From: Macrostomum hystrix
Lineage: Eukaryota > Animalia > Platyhelminthes
Direction of reading: 5' to 3'
DNA length: 64,000 bases
Assembly (NCBI GenBank): GCA_950097015.1
Contig: CATNEN010000038.1
Coordinates: 23,808,001 to 23,872,000, forward strand
The position numbers were made by a program, and so were the translations under genes. This document shows positions 47,661 to 59,800 of the stretch, in pieces. The notes beneath the pieces were generated by a model. That model was not told the origin of the DNA and made no database searches. It saw nothing but the letters and a program-made list of their open reading frames with translations. Every line of letters begins with the position of its first letter. The stretch's first letter is position 1.

Positions 47661-47748
47661 AAAGGACACAATTTGTTCCATTGGAGTCGGGAATCGAACC
47701 CGCGACCTTCAAGTCGTGAGGCCGAAGCTCTAACCACTAGGCTACAAG
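47661..47748 (-). mobile_element. SINE-B tRNA-like head
   Basis: Minus strand GTAGCCTAGTGGTTAGAGC (box A) ... GGGTTCGATTCCC (box B) running into TTGTGTCCTTT (CORE start); aligns with ~39398-39452. Confidence 0.78.
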
Positions 47749-48409
47749 CACTACAAATTAGTTAAATAAGGTATTCACACATAAAAATGTAGCGAACGTT
47801 TTTTCCTGTTATTTGAGGTGAGCAAATACAATTGACAGCTAAGTAACATTAGCGTGTAGCTTCCTGTTTCAATTGCTGCTTGAGTAAGAAAATGAAAAAC
47901 TGTCACAGCGGCCTCACACTGGGTCAACCAAACTCGAAGCCTACTATACTAGCACATGCAAAGCACGTTAATGTATTAGTAAATTTGTTTATATAATTCA
48001 AATACAAACACACGCGCAAAAATCAGTGTTGAAACAGCTGCAATTTGACGGGCACATTCTCATGTTCGTGAGACTGCTCAACAATTCGTATTTGATACTG
48101 CAAACTTGACTGTAGCCATATTCCAGTTATCAATTTATAACTCTGTTCTGTTTAGAGCAAATTTGCGGCCACAGACTGTACATAGCTAATATAAATTCCT
48201 TATCAATAATAAAACAAGAATTCTAGCTTTGTGAGCTTTGTGAGAAAACTCTTATCTTGAGCTTAATTGTGACGATTGGGAAGCGATATCAATAGAAAAA
48301 AAGCCTACGTTTGAGTTGATTTCAATATTGACTATGGGCAAAATTTTGCATTTTTAGGGAAGGCGTCAAAATTGTTTTCGTTATGATTGATTAATTTTAA
48401 GTCAGGCTT

Positions 48410-48630
48410 CTGTCTATGGACTAGAATAGTTCATTGTCTGTGGACTAAAGATTTTATTGTCTATGGACTAGAATATTTCACTGTCTGTGGACTAAAGATT
48501 TTATTGTCTATGGACTAGACATTTCACAGTCCATGGACTAGACGTTTCAGTGTCTATGGATTAAACATTTTATTGTCTATTTACTAGACATTTTACTGTC
48601 AATGGACAGACATGTCACTGTCCATGGACG
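48410..48630. repeat. Degenerate ~24-bp minisatellite TGTCTATGGACTAGAATATTTCAC
   Basis: About 9 diverged copies. Confidence 0.8.
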
Positions 48631-49219
48631 AAAAGTGTGAAACTTATTATATTGCTACATTATGCTTATAGCGCAATTGTCAATTTTTTAACCGAGAAAC
48701 TTTTGCCGCAAAACTTTTTTTCTAGAATTTTATCTAGACTCGCGGCATAGCTACAGCAACGGATAATGAATCATTGTTAACAGTTGCTTCTGTAGTCATT
48801 CGATGGCATTTTGAAATTTTGTATACAGCTTGGACAAGAAAAAAACGCGACACTGCAAAGTAGCTGAAACGATCCCTGTGTTACTGCGGCCCCACTAATG
48901 GGCTTGTCCAAATGTGTACTATTTTTAGACCAGGTCTGTTTACGCCTGTGATGTCTAAATCTGTCTAACCATTTTTTAACTACTTGGCTGATTCTGGACC
49001 AGAGAATCAAATTTTAAAATGTTATAAGCTAAAATTTAGCCACAGTTCTCTGATTAACTAGCTTTTATATGATTGTCCCATTACTGGGATAATCCCGAGC
49101 TATTCCACGTAATTAATCTCCATTTAAAAAATATCCAAACTCTTCGATAATCTCACTTTTGCTAGCTATTATTCCCAGATCCGGGATTATCCCACTTTTC
49201 CTTAATACTTTCCTTTATC

Positions 49220-49828
49220 AATAATCCCATATCTCAGATTATCCTAATCAACAATAATCCTAAATATCAGATTATCCTGATCAACAATAATCCTATATAT
49301 CAAATTATCCTAATCAACAATAATCCTATATATCAAATTATCCTAATCAACAATAATCCTATATATCAGATTATCCTAATCAACAATAATCCCAACTATC
49401 AGATTGTCCGAATCAACAATATTCCCAACTATCAGATTATCCTAATCAACAATAATCCCAACTATCAGATTATCCTAATCAACAATAATCCCAACTATCA
49501 GATTATCCTAATCAACAATAATCCCAACTATCAGATTGTCCGAATCAACAATATTCCCAACTATCAGATTATCCTAATCAACAATAATCCCAACTATCAG
49601 ATTATCCTAATCAACAATAATCCCAACTATCAGATTATCCCAACCAATAATAATCCTAACTATCAGATTATCCTAATCAATAATAATCCCAACTATCAGA
49701 TTATCCCAATCAACAATAATCCCAACTATCAGATTATCCCAATAAGCAATAATATTCCCAACTATCAGATTATCCCAATCAACAATAATCCCATCTCTCA
49801 GATTATCCCAACCAATAATAATCCCAGC
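49220..49828. repeat. Minisatellite, 33-bp unit ATCAGATTATCCTAATCAACAATAATCCCAACT
   Basis: About 18 copies. Confidence 0.93.
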
Positions 49829-50569
49829 TTTCTTCCATTCAAATTCAATGGAATCGCTTCAATTAGTTAAACCCAAGCTAAATATAGATTCTTATCTTTA
49901 ATATTTCCCGTACTTCTAGGATATCGCGGTATAAGAGATAATTTTGTTCAATTCAATGCAAAAATATATTAAAATCCATCTAGCATTCTGCGAGGTAGCA
50001 AGATTAATCTTCTACAAAAACGAAGACATTGAATAGCGAAAAGTTTTCTCGCTAGCTTTGTCAAGAATAATTTACGATTTAAAATGCTCAAATACCATTG
50101 CATTTTGTAGCTTGCTTCGGTAGAATATACTAATTGGAGAAAGTTTTGATGAAAATTATTCCACTTATACTGAATAGCTCATATACTCATACACACGATG
50201 CTGAGTTCATCCTCAGCTATCAACTTCTAAGATTTTCCCTTAAACCCGCCCAAACCACCGTCTTGGTGTAGGAAAAATTGGTAGCTAGACCTGTTAAATA
50301 TAGTGAAAGCACACTTATTTCACTCTTCCAATCCCTGTCTCACTCATTCTCTCTCTCTCTTTGAACTTCCTCTGTACACATTTCTGCTTGCAAAAGGCAA
50401 GCTCAAACGCAAATCAAAGAGAGAAGGTGCATGGATAAACCGAAATTTTATGGCAAGGAAAAAAATTAGCAGGCAAGAAAAAAATTGCACGGGAGATAGA
50501 TGAATAGTTAGGAAAACCAAAAAAAGCCTGTTGCTGAGAAAATGTAAAAAGGCTTGTCTGAAAGGGTGA

Positions 50570-51460
50570 GAGGGTAGAGACAATGGGAGAGAGGGCAGAG
50601 ACAGTGGGAAAGAGGGTAGAGACAATGGGAGAGAGGGCAGAGACAGTGGGAAAGAGGGTAGAGACAATGGGAGAGAGGATAGAGACAGTGGGAAAGAGGG
50701 TAGAGACAATGGGAGAGAGGGCAGAGACAGTGGGAGAGAGGATAGAGACAGTGGGAGAGAGGGTAGAGACAATGGGAGAGAAAGTAGAGACAATGGGAGA
50801 GAAAGTAGAGACAATGGGAGAGAGGGTAGAGACAATGGGAGAGAGGGCAGAGACAGTGGGAAAGAGGGTAGAGACAATGGGAGAGAGGATAGAGACAGTG
50901 GGAAAGAGGGTAGAGACAATGGGAGAGAAAGTAGAGACAATGGTAGAGAAAGTAGAGACAATGGGAGAGAGGGTAGAGACAATGGGAGAGAGGGTAGAGA
51001 CAGTGAGAGAGAGGGTAGAGACAATGGGAGAGAAAGTAGAGACAATGGGAGAGAAAGTAGAGACAATGGTAGAGAAAGTAGAGACAATGGGAGAGAGGGT
51101 AGAGACAATGGGAGAGAGGGTAGAGACAGTGAGAGAGAGGGTAGAGACAATGGGAGAGAGTGTAGAGACAATGGGAGAGAGTGTAGAGACAATGGGAGAG
51201 AGGGCAGAGACAGTGGGAAAGAGGGTAGAGACAATGGGAGAGAGGGCAGAGACAGTGGGAAAGAGGGTAGAGACAATGGGAGAGAAAGTAGAGACAATGG
51301 GAGAGAAAGTAGAGACAATGGTAGAGAGGGTAGAGACAATGGGAGAGAGGGTAGAGACAATGGGACAGAGAGAGGCTAGAGACCTGGGAGAGAGAATAGA
51401 GACAATGGGAGAAAGCTTATAGAGAGTGGGACAGAGAGAGGGTAGAGACAATGGGAGAGG
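50570..51460. repeat. Purine-rich minisatellite, 21-bp unit AGAGGGTAGAGACAATGGGAG
   Basis: About 40 copies (ETMGERV pseudo-ORF). Confidence 0.94.
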
Positions 51461-52006
51461 GAGTAAAGATAAAGGAGGGAAAAAATGAGCGTCAAAGACG
51501 CGACTAAGAGGCCAGGGCAATATACTCGTACAAGAAGACAAGATGAAAATAAATAAAACTTGAGTAGCGGTGCAGAAGTAACAGGTCGATGTGCCTGACA
51601 GGTAGAAGGCAGCACATCTCAACAGCAACTGCATGCCGCCCATAGTGATTGATAAGCTCTAAAGCCTTCCCACAGGAAGTAAGAACTGACAACTGGGAAA
51701 ATAGATTTAAGCTGAGGAAAAATTCAAAATCATACACAACCCAGCTATCTGAGCATGGATTTCTATCTACACTTGTCACTCATCGAACAGGCAGTTTGTG
51801 TGTTTAGCTGTCGGATAAAATAAGTGTCTCTCTTTATTTTTCTTCTCTAAAAATTCTTCGTCAATTTTTTTTCCTTTTTGCAATCGTAAGACTTACCTTC
51901 GACTCTCTCTCAGGTAAATCCCTAGTTTCTAAAGCTTTAGCTAGATAGACAGGTGAGTTAGTTTCAGTTTTATAAAAACACACTATAGGTAGAAATTAAA
52001 TTTGAT

Positions 52007-52009
52007 TGG

Positions 52010-52046
<37 letters not shown>
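52007..52046. repeat. (GATT)n microsatellite
   Basis: About 9 tetramer copies. Confidence 0.9.
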
Positions 52047-52775
52047 AAATATTGGTCCTGCTATGTTCTTAACTCTGAAACACAGTAATATCGTTCGTTA
52101 ATACAATTAACATTAATCTCGATAAAATCTGATAATTTAAGATAACGAAACTGCGTTTAAAAAACTTCTAATCTATGAATTGGACAAATGTGATGACTTG
52201 TGTGACATGACAGCAGCAGCGAAGATCTTACCTCGTCTTATTGGCGTAAGTTAGTTACACTTCTATTAAGCTTTAAGTAAGTAATTATTTTTAATATTCG
52301 TACAGATATTTAATGCAGCTAAACAAGAAATCTCGCCAGTATGGAATCAAATGCAGGGCTTCCGACGAAGGCCCACAGTATAAAAAAAGCAGAAGACAGG
52401 CAGACAGGAGAGGTGTGTGGTGGGCTGGCGCTTGATTGAAACTGAACATAGTTTAGTTGGGACCTCCTGTGTGCCTATTGGGAGCATATTTGGAACCGTA
52501 CAGAGGGAAGGGACTGGCGCTTCGCTCATTGGTTGAGGAACAATGCTTTGTGCGGGCCAAAAGAAGGCGGGAATGTATAATGAAGACGCAGCGAAGTGAC
52601 AAATGGTCGAAGGCGGAAACTTAATTATGACTTGCCAAACTTGCTTCCATGACGCTTGAGGTCATCTTTAGGGCAAAATTAAAGTCACCTCACTAACGTT
52701 TTGAGCACCCCTGTGGTATGACGAAATTACCTCATCCCTCGCTTTCATGCTTTCACCTATCTGATCTATTGTCTT

Positions 52776-53912
52776 TCATCTCACGCATGTCTCATCTCTC
52801 CCGTGTCTCATCTCTCCCGTGTCTCATCTCTCACGTGTCTCATCTGTCCCATGTCTCATCTCTCCCGTGTCTCATCTCTCACGTGTCTCATCTCTCCCGT
52901 GTCTCATCTCTCCCGTGTCTCATCTGTCCCATGTCTCATCTCTCCCGTGTCTCATCTCTCACGTGTCTCATCTCTCCCGTGTCTCATCTCTCCGGTGTCT
53001 CATCTCTCGCGTGTCTCATCTCTCCCGTGTCTCATCTCTCCCATGTCTCATCTCTTCCGTGTCTCATCTGTCCCATGTCTCATCTCTCCCGTGTCTCATC
53101 TCTCCCATGTTTCATCTCTTCCTTTGCCTCATCTCTCTCTGTTTCATCTCTGCCGTGTCTCATCTCTGCCGTGTCTCATCTCTGCCGTGTCTCATCTCTC
53201 CCATGTCTCATCTCTCCCGTGTCTCATCTCTCCCATGTTTCATCTCTTCCTTTGCCTCATCTCTCTCTGTTTCATCTCTGCCGTATCTCATCTCTCGCGT
53301 GTCTCATCTCTCCCGTGTCTCATCTCTCCCATGTCTCATCTCTGCCGTGTCTCATCTCTCCCATGTCTCATCTCTTCCGTGTCTCATCTCTTCCGTGTCT
53401 TATCTCTCAGGTATCTTGTCTCTCGCGTGTCTCATCTCTCCGGTGTCTCATCTCTCCCGTGTCTCATCTCTCCGGTGTCTCATCTCTCCCATGTTTCATC
53501 TCTTCCTTTGCCTCATCTCTCTCTGTTTCATCTCTGCCGTATCTCATCTCTCGCGTGTCTCATCTTTCCCGTGTCTCATCTCTCCCATGTCTCATCTCTC
53601 CCATGTCTCATCTCTGCCGTGTCTCATCTCTCCCATGTCTCATCTCTGCCGTGTCTCATCTCTCCCATGTTTCATCTCTTCCTTTGCCTCATCTCTCTCT
53701 GTTTCATCTCTGCCGTATCTCATCTCTCGCGTGTCTCATCTCTCCCGTGTCTCATCTCTCCCATGTCTCATCTCTGCCGTGTCTCATCTCTCCCATGTCT
53801 CATCTCTTCCGTGTCTCATCTCTTCCGTGTCTTATCTCTCAGGTATCTTGTCTCTCGCGTGTCTCATCTCTCCGGTGTCTCATCTCTCCCGTGTCTCATC
53901 TCTCCGGTGTCT
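52776..53912 (+). repeat. Minisatellite, 16-bp unit GTGTCTCATCTCTCCC with higher-order duplications
   Basis: Same family as 41815 and 43147; variant block TATCTCTCAGGTATCTTG recurs ~432 bp apart. Confidence 0.94.
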
Positions 53913-54394
53913 CTTGACTTGACTTAGCGGCAAATCTGTGCATATGCAAAATGCATATCTGTCTAAAAATGCATTCAGTGTCATTATTTAGTGAGCATTC
54001 ATTAGGTACGATATTTTTCCAGGAATATATATTTTCTTTGTTATTTATCTAAGGATTTTGCAACTTGTGTCGCGGCTCAGAACAGTCAAGTAAAGAAAAT
54101 ATTATAAATTGCTGGCTGCCTAAGGAGATTAATCTGATACTTTTCTTTTTTTAGACAGCAAATACTTGACTATAAGGCCTAGCTAATTATATGAGTTGAT
54201 GTGGCGCCATACATAATGATACACCTGTCGATCCTCGCATTGTGCCAGTGTGTATACTCCGCATGAAATAAAAACACATCGGATTGCGGGCTAAGCGATT
54301 AAACTAATATTCTATTTCTGTAGCGAATATCATCAATCTATGCCTATGACTTTCTGATACGCTTTTTATTTGGGAAATCGAGGATAACTAACTC

Positions 54395-54905
54395 TCTACC
54401 TCCTCTACCCTCTGTACCCTCTGTACCCTCTGTACCCTCTGTACCCTCTGTACCCTCTGTACCCTCTGTACCCTCTGTACCCTCTCTAATCTCTGTACCC
54501 TCTGTACCCTCTCTAATGTCTGTACCCTCTGTACCCTCTGTACCCTCTGTACCCTCTGTACCCTCTCTAATCTCTGTACCCTCTGTACCCTCTGTACCCT
54601 CTGTACCCTCTGTACCCTCTGTACCCTCTGTACCCTCTGTACCCTCTGTACCCTCTCTAATCTCTGTACCCTCTGTACCCTCTCTAATGTCTGTACCCTC
54701 TGTACCCTCTGTACCCTCTGTACCCTCTGTACCCTCTCTAATCTCTGTACCCTCTGTACCCTCTCTAATGTCTGTACCCTCTGTACCCTCTCTAATGTCT
54801 GTACCCTCTGTACCCTCTCTAATGTCTGTACCCTCTGTACCCTCTCTAATGTCTGTACCCTCTGTACCCTCTCTAATGTCTGTACCCTCTGTACCCTCTC
54901 TACCC
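54395..54905. repeat. 9-bp repeat TGTACCCTC with TCTAATGTC/TCTAATCTC interruptions
   Basis: Tandem copies (SVP pseudo-ORF). Confidence 0.94.
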
Positions 54906-56268
54906 GTCTGTATTTACCGTCTCTACCCCATCCACCGTTTTCACCGTGTCTACCCTCTGTACTATTAATTCTACCCTCTCTACCTACTAGAGCTCTTAAT
55001 TAGCTACCCTATCTGCCGTTTCTCCGCTGTCATCCGTCTCATCCACCCTCTCTTTTCTCTTGTCTCTCAGACTATAAAAAATGGCATTGACTCGTAAGAA
55101 TCCTGCCAATGTAAAATTAATATACAGTAAGTTGTTATTGGTTATCGTATAGGTATTTTCGCTTGCCTTAAGTTCCAGTGAGTTTATGAATATACAAAAG
55201 TATTAATTTGAGGAATGAATTATGCAAAAATACTTTTTACTTTGTCGAGTCTATCCTTTTATAAAGTTTTCGCATCTTAAAGACATTTTTGCAAATAATG
55301 CAGAGCAGAAACTATAAAATTCTTGCAGCTAGCTACTTCTTCGTACGTGTACATGTCCTCTGTGCAGAGTATATAACAATGAAGCTAATAGAAAGGAAAG
55401 TTTTTATTGCTCAATACCTTGCCCTCGCCACTCACGACACAGCCTCAGTGAGATTGGGGCTTCGTCCTTGGCTGCTGATGCTGCTATATTAATTTATGAT
55501 ATAGGCCACAAAATCAGCTTTATGGTTCTTTGGCATGGGCTTGAAATTTAGCACGTAATTCAAGCTCAATTCTTAAAATATTGGTACTGTATAGCTATAG
55601 CTACATTACTTACTGTTGGCACAAAAATATCAGGAATACTTTTTTTATAAACTTGGACAAGTTCTACAACTAAGAAATGAACGCTTTAAAATTAGCACGC
55701 GTGATATGTACATTGCCGCAAGTCACTTTATGAAAACTCTTTATTCAAAAGTTTAAATAACAATTAAAACTTTAAGTTTACGTTTTCCATTTATAAACCT
55801 TAATTAATGCGAATTCGTGAATTTGATAGCAGCCGCTACTAAAAAGTAAAAACACATTGTGATATAGATTCCATGCGTCTATTCACAAAATAAAATAGTT
55901 GTGTTTTTCTCTTTTTACATAATTGTCCTAAAGTTTTGTACATTGATAACACCGTCAAGCCAGAGAAGCAAAACAAATTGTGTTTGTGGATATATTTAGT
56001 GTAATACAGAAGAGTATTTTAAGCATTTGAAATTAAGAAAGACAGCATAGAAAAGTGTTTTTTTATTTTGCACTTCAAAGTAATCTAACAGTAATTTTCG
56101 TGGTCTAAAAGACTTATAATCTTTTAAATAAAAAAAATGATTTGTCTTGGATGTAACGAACAGAACATTGATACTATTCATTGGAACGCTTGCAGCTAAA
56201 AAGCGATGATATCGATTAACCTTTCCACAAAAATTTATGAAATACTATTTTTTTTATAATTTGATAAA

Positions 56269-56335
56269 ATGTATGCTCGTTGGATTTTCTGGACTGTCTT
56301 CGTGCTGGCAGTCATTTCTGATGCTCATTGCAATA
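56269..56335 (+). CDS. Membrane mucin, putative exon 1 (signal peptide MYARWIFWTVFVLAVISDAHCN)
   Basis: AAAATG context, hydrophobic core with AxC-type cleavage site, strong donor A|GTAAGT (phase 1). Confidence 0.6.
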
Positions 56336-56825
56336 GTAAGTTCATTTTCTTAATCAAATGAAAATATTTATAAACATCTATAAAGTATCGCTTGTTAAAG
56401 TTTTTCGCTAGTTTAATTTTGTGTTTGACAATATATATATGCATATTTTCTTTTGTATAAATGCTTCTGTTTTATAGAAGTCTGTTGCTAGAGTCTATTT
56501 TCTACACCAAATAAAAAAAATGGTAAACTGCATTGACATTCTACTCTAGCTTTAACAGTCAATAAAATTAAAATAATAATTTCATGATGTAGTATAATGA
56601 GCACTAATATTATTTTGCAGTAAAAGTTGCAAGCATAGAAAATTACAACAAATATTTCTTTCAAAAGCGACTTTTTTTCTTATTTACGTGCTTACAAAAA
56701 AGTAAAATAAACTAATATAAAATTAATATTTCATATAATATTGTCATGGAACATTTGTTTTTGACGAACAAACGCATTCTTTGAAACTTATGATAATACT
56801 TGTTGATCAACAACTGCATCAACAG

Positions 56826-59800
56826 CTGCATCAACAGCTGCATCAACAGCTGCATCAACAGCTGCAACAAAAGCTACAATTACAACTGCATCAATGGACT
56901 TACCAACGAATAGAACAGAAGCTGAATTAACGTCAACAGCAACACCTACGTCAACGGTTTCACCATCGAGTGCAACATCAGCTGCATCAACATCAACAGC
57001 AACACCTTCATCAACGATTTCACCATCGAGTGCAACATCAGCTGCTTCAACATCAACAGCAGCACCTTCATCAACGGTTTCACCATCGAGTGCAACATCA
57101 GATGAATTAACATCAACAGCAACACCTTCATCAACGGTTTCACCATCGAGTGCAACATCAGCTGAATTAACATCAACAGCAACACCTTCATCAACGGTTT
57201 CACCATCGAGTGCAACATCAGCTGCATCAACATCAACAGCAACACATTCATCAACGGTTTCACCATCGAGTGCAACATCAGCTGCATCAACATCAACAGC
57301 AACACCTACATCAACGGTTTCACCATCGAGTGCAACATCAGCTACATCAACATCAACAGCAACACCTTCATCAACGGTTTCACCATCGAGTGCAACATCA
57401 GCTACATCAACATCAACAGCAACACATTCATCAACGGTTTTACCATCGAGTGCAACATCAGCTGAATTAACATCAACAGCAACACCTTCATCAACGGTTT
57501 TACCATCGAGTGCAACATCAGCTGCATCAACATCAACAGCAACACCTTCATCAACGGTTTTACCATCGAGTGCAACATCAGCTGAATTAACATCAACAGC
57601 AACACCTTCATCAACGGTTTTACCATCGAGTGCAACATCAGCTGAATTAACATCAACAGCAACACCTTCATCAACGGTTTTACCATCGAGTGCAACATCA
57701 GCTGCATCAACATCAACAGCAACACCTTCATCAACGGTTTCACCATCGAGTGCAACATCAGCTGCATCAACATCAACCGCAACACCTTCATCAACGGTTT
57801 TACCATCGAGTGCAACATCAGCTGCATCAACATCAACAGCAACACCTACATCAACGGTTTCACTATCGAGTGCAACATCAGCTCAATTAACATCAACAGC
57901 AACACCTTCATCAACGGTTTCACCATCGAGTGCAACATCAGCTGCATCAACATCAACAGCAACACCTTCATCAACGGTTTCACCATCGAGTGCAACATCA
58001 GCTACATCAACATCAACAGCAACACCTTCATCAACGGTTTTACCATCGAGTGCAACATCAGCTGAATTAACATCAACAGCAACACCTTCATCAACGGTTT
58101 TACCATCGAGTGCAACATCAGCTGAATTAACATCAACAGCAGCACCTTCTTCAACGGTTTTACCATCGAGTGCAACATCAGCTGAATTAACATCAACAGC
58201 AACACCTTCATCAACGGTTTTACCATCGAGTGCAACATCAGCTGCATCAACATCAACAGCAACACCTACATCAACGGTTTCACCATCGAGTGCAACATCA
58301 GCTGAATTAACATCAACAGCAACACCTTCATCAACGGTTTTACCATCGAGTGCAACATCAGCTGCATCAACATCAACAGCAACACCTTCATCAACGGTTT
58401 CACCATCGAGTGCAACATCAGCTACATCAACATCAACAGCAACACCTTCATCAACGGTTTCACCATCGAGTGCAACATCAGCTGCATCAACATCAACAGC
58501 AACACCTTCATCAACGGTTTTACCATCGAGTGCAACATCAGCTGCATCAACATCAACAGCAACACCTACATCAACGGTTTTACCATCGAGTGCAACATCA
58601 GCTGCATCAACATCATCAGCAACACCTACATCAACGGTTTCACCATCGAGTGCAACATCAGCTGAATTAACATCAACAGCAACACCTACATCAACGGTTT
58701 CACCATCGAGTGCAACATCGGCTGAATTAACATCAACAGCAACACCTACATCAACGGTTTCACCGTCGAGTGCAACATCAGCTGAATTAACATCAACAGC
58801 AACACCTACATCAACGGTTTCACCATCGAGTGCAACATCAGCTGAATTAACATCAACAGCAACACATTCATCAACGGTTTCACCATCGAGTGCAACATCA
58901 GCTGAATTAACATCAACAGCAACACATTCATCAACAGTTTTACCATCGAGTGCAACATCAGCTGAATTAACATCAACAGCAACACCTACATCAACGGTTT
59001 CACCATCGAGTGCAACATCAGCTGAATTAACATCAACCGCAACACCTACATCAACGGTTTCACCATCGAGTGCAACATCAGCTGAATTAACATCAACAGC
59101 AACACCTACATCAACGGTTTCACCATCCAGTGCAACATCAGCTCAATTAACATCAACAGCAACACCTTCATCAACGGTTTCACCATCGAGTGCAACATCA
59201 GCTGCATCAACATCAACAGCAACACCTTCATCAACGGTTTCACCATCGAGTGCAACATCAGCTACATCAACATCAACAGCAACACCTTCATCAACGGTTT
59301 TACCATCGAGTGCAACATCAGCTGCATCAACATCAACAGCAACACCTTCATCAACGGTTTTACCATCGAGTGCAACATCAGCTGCATTAACATCAACAGC
59401 AACACCTTCATCAACGGTTTCACCATCGAGTGCAACATCAGCTGCATCAACATCAACAGCACCTTCTTCAACGGTTTCACCATCGAGTGCAACATCAGCT
59501 GAATTAACATCAACAGCAACACCTTCATCAACGGTTTCACCATCGAGTGCAACATCAGCTGCATCAACATCAACAGCACCTTCTTCAACGGTTTCACCAT
59601 CGAGTGCAACATCAGCTGAATTAACATCAACAGCAACACCTACATCAACGGTTTCACCATCGAGTGCAACATCAGCTGAATTAACATTAATAGCAACACC
59701 TACATCAACGGTTTCACCATCCAGTGCAACATCAGCTCAATTAACATCAACAGCAACACCTTCATCAACGGTTTCACCATCGAGTGCAACATCAGCTGCA

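Noticed and set aside
47670-47750. tRNA gene (Val-like CAC loop)
   Set aside because: Poor acceptor and anticodon stems, and it runs into CORE sequence; it is a SINE head. The same applies to the SINE-A heads
8582-55000. Other repeat ORFs (SLSVS, SRHCNSN, STSLHVT, KMFNGGKG, ELKGW, CLISPVSH, ETMGERV, SVP)
   Set aside because: All coincide with minisatellites and are often open in several frames or on both strands; no coding evidence
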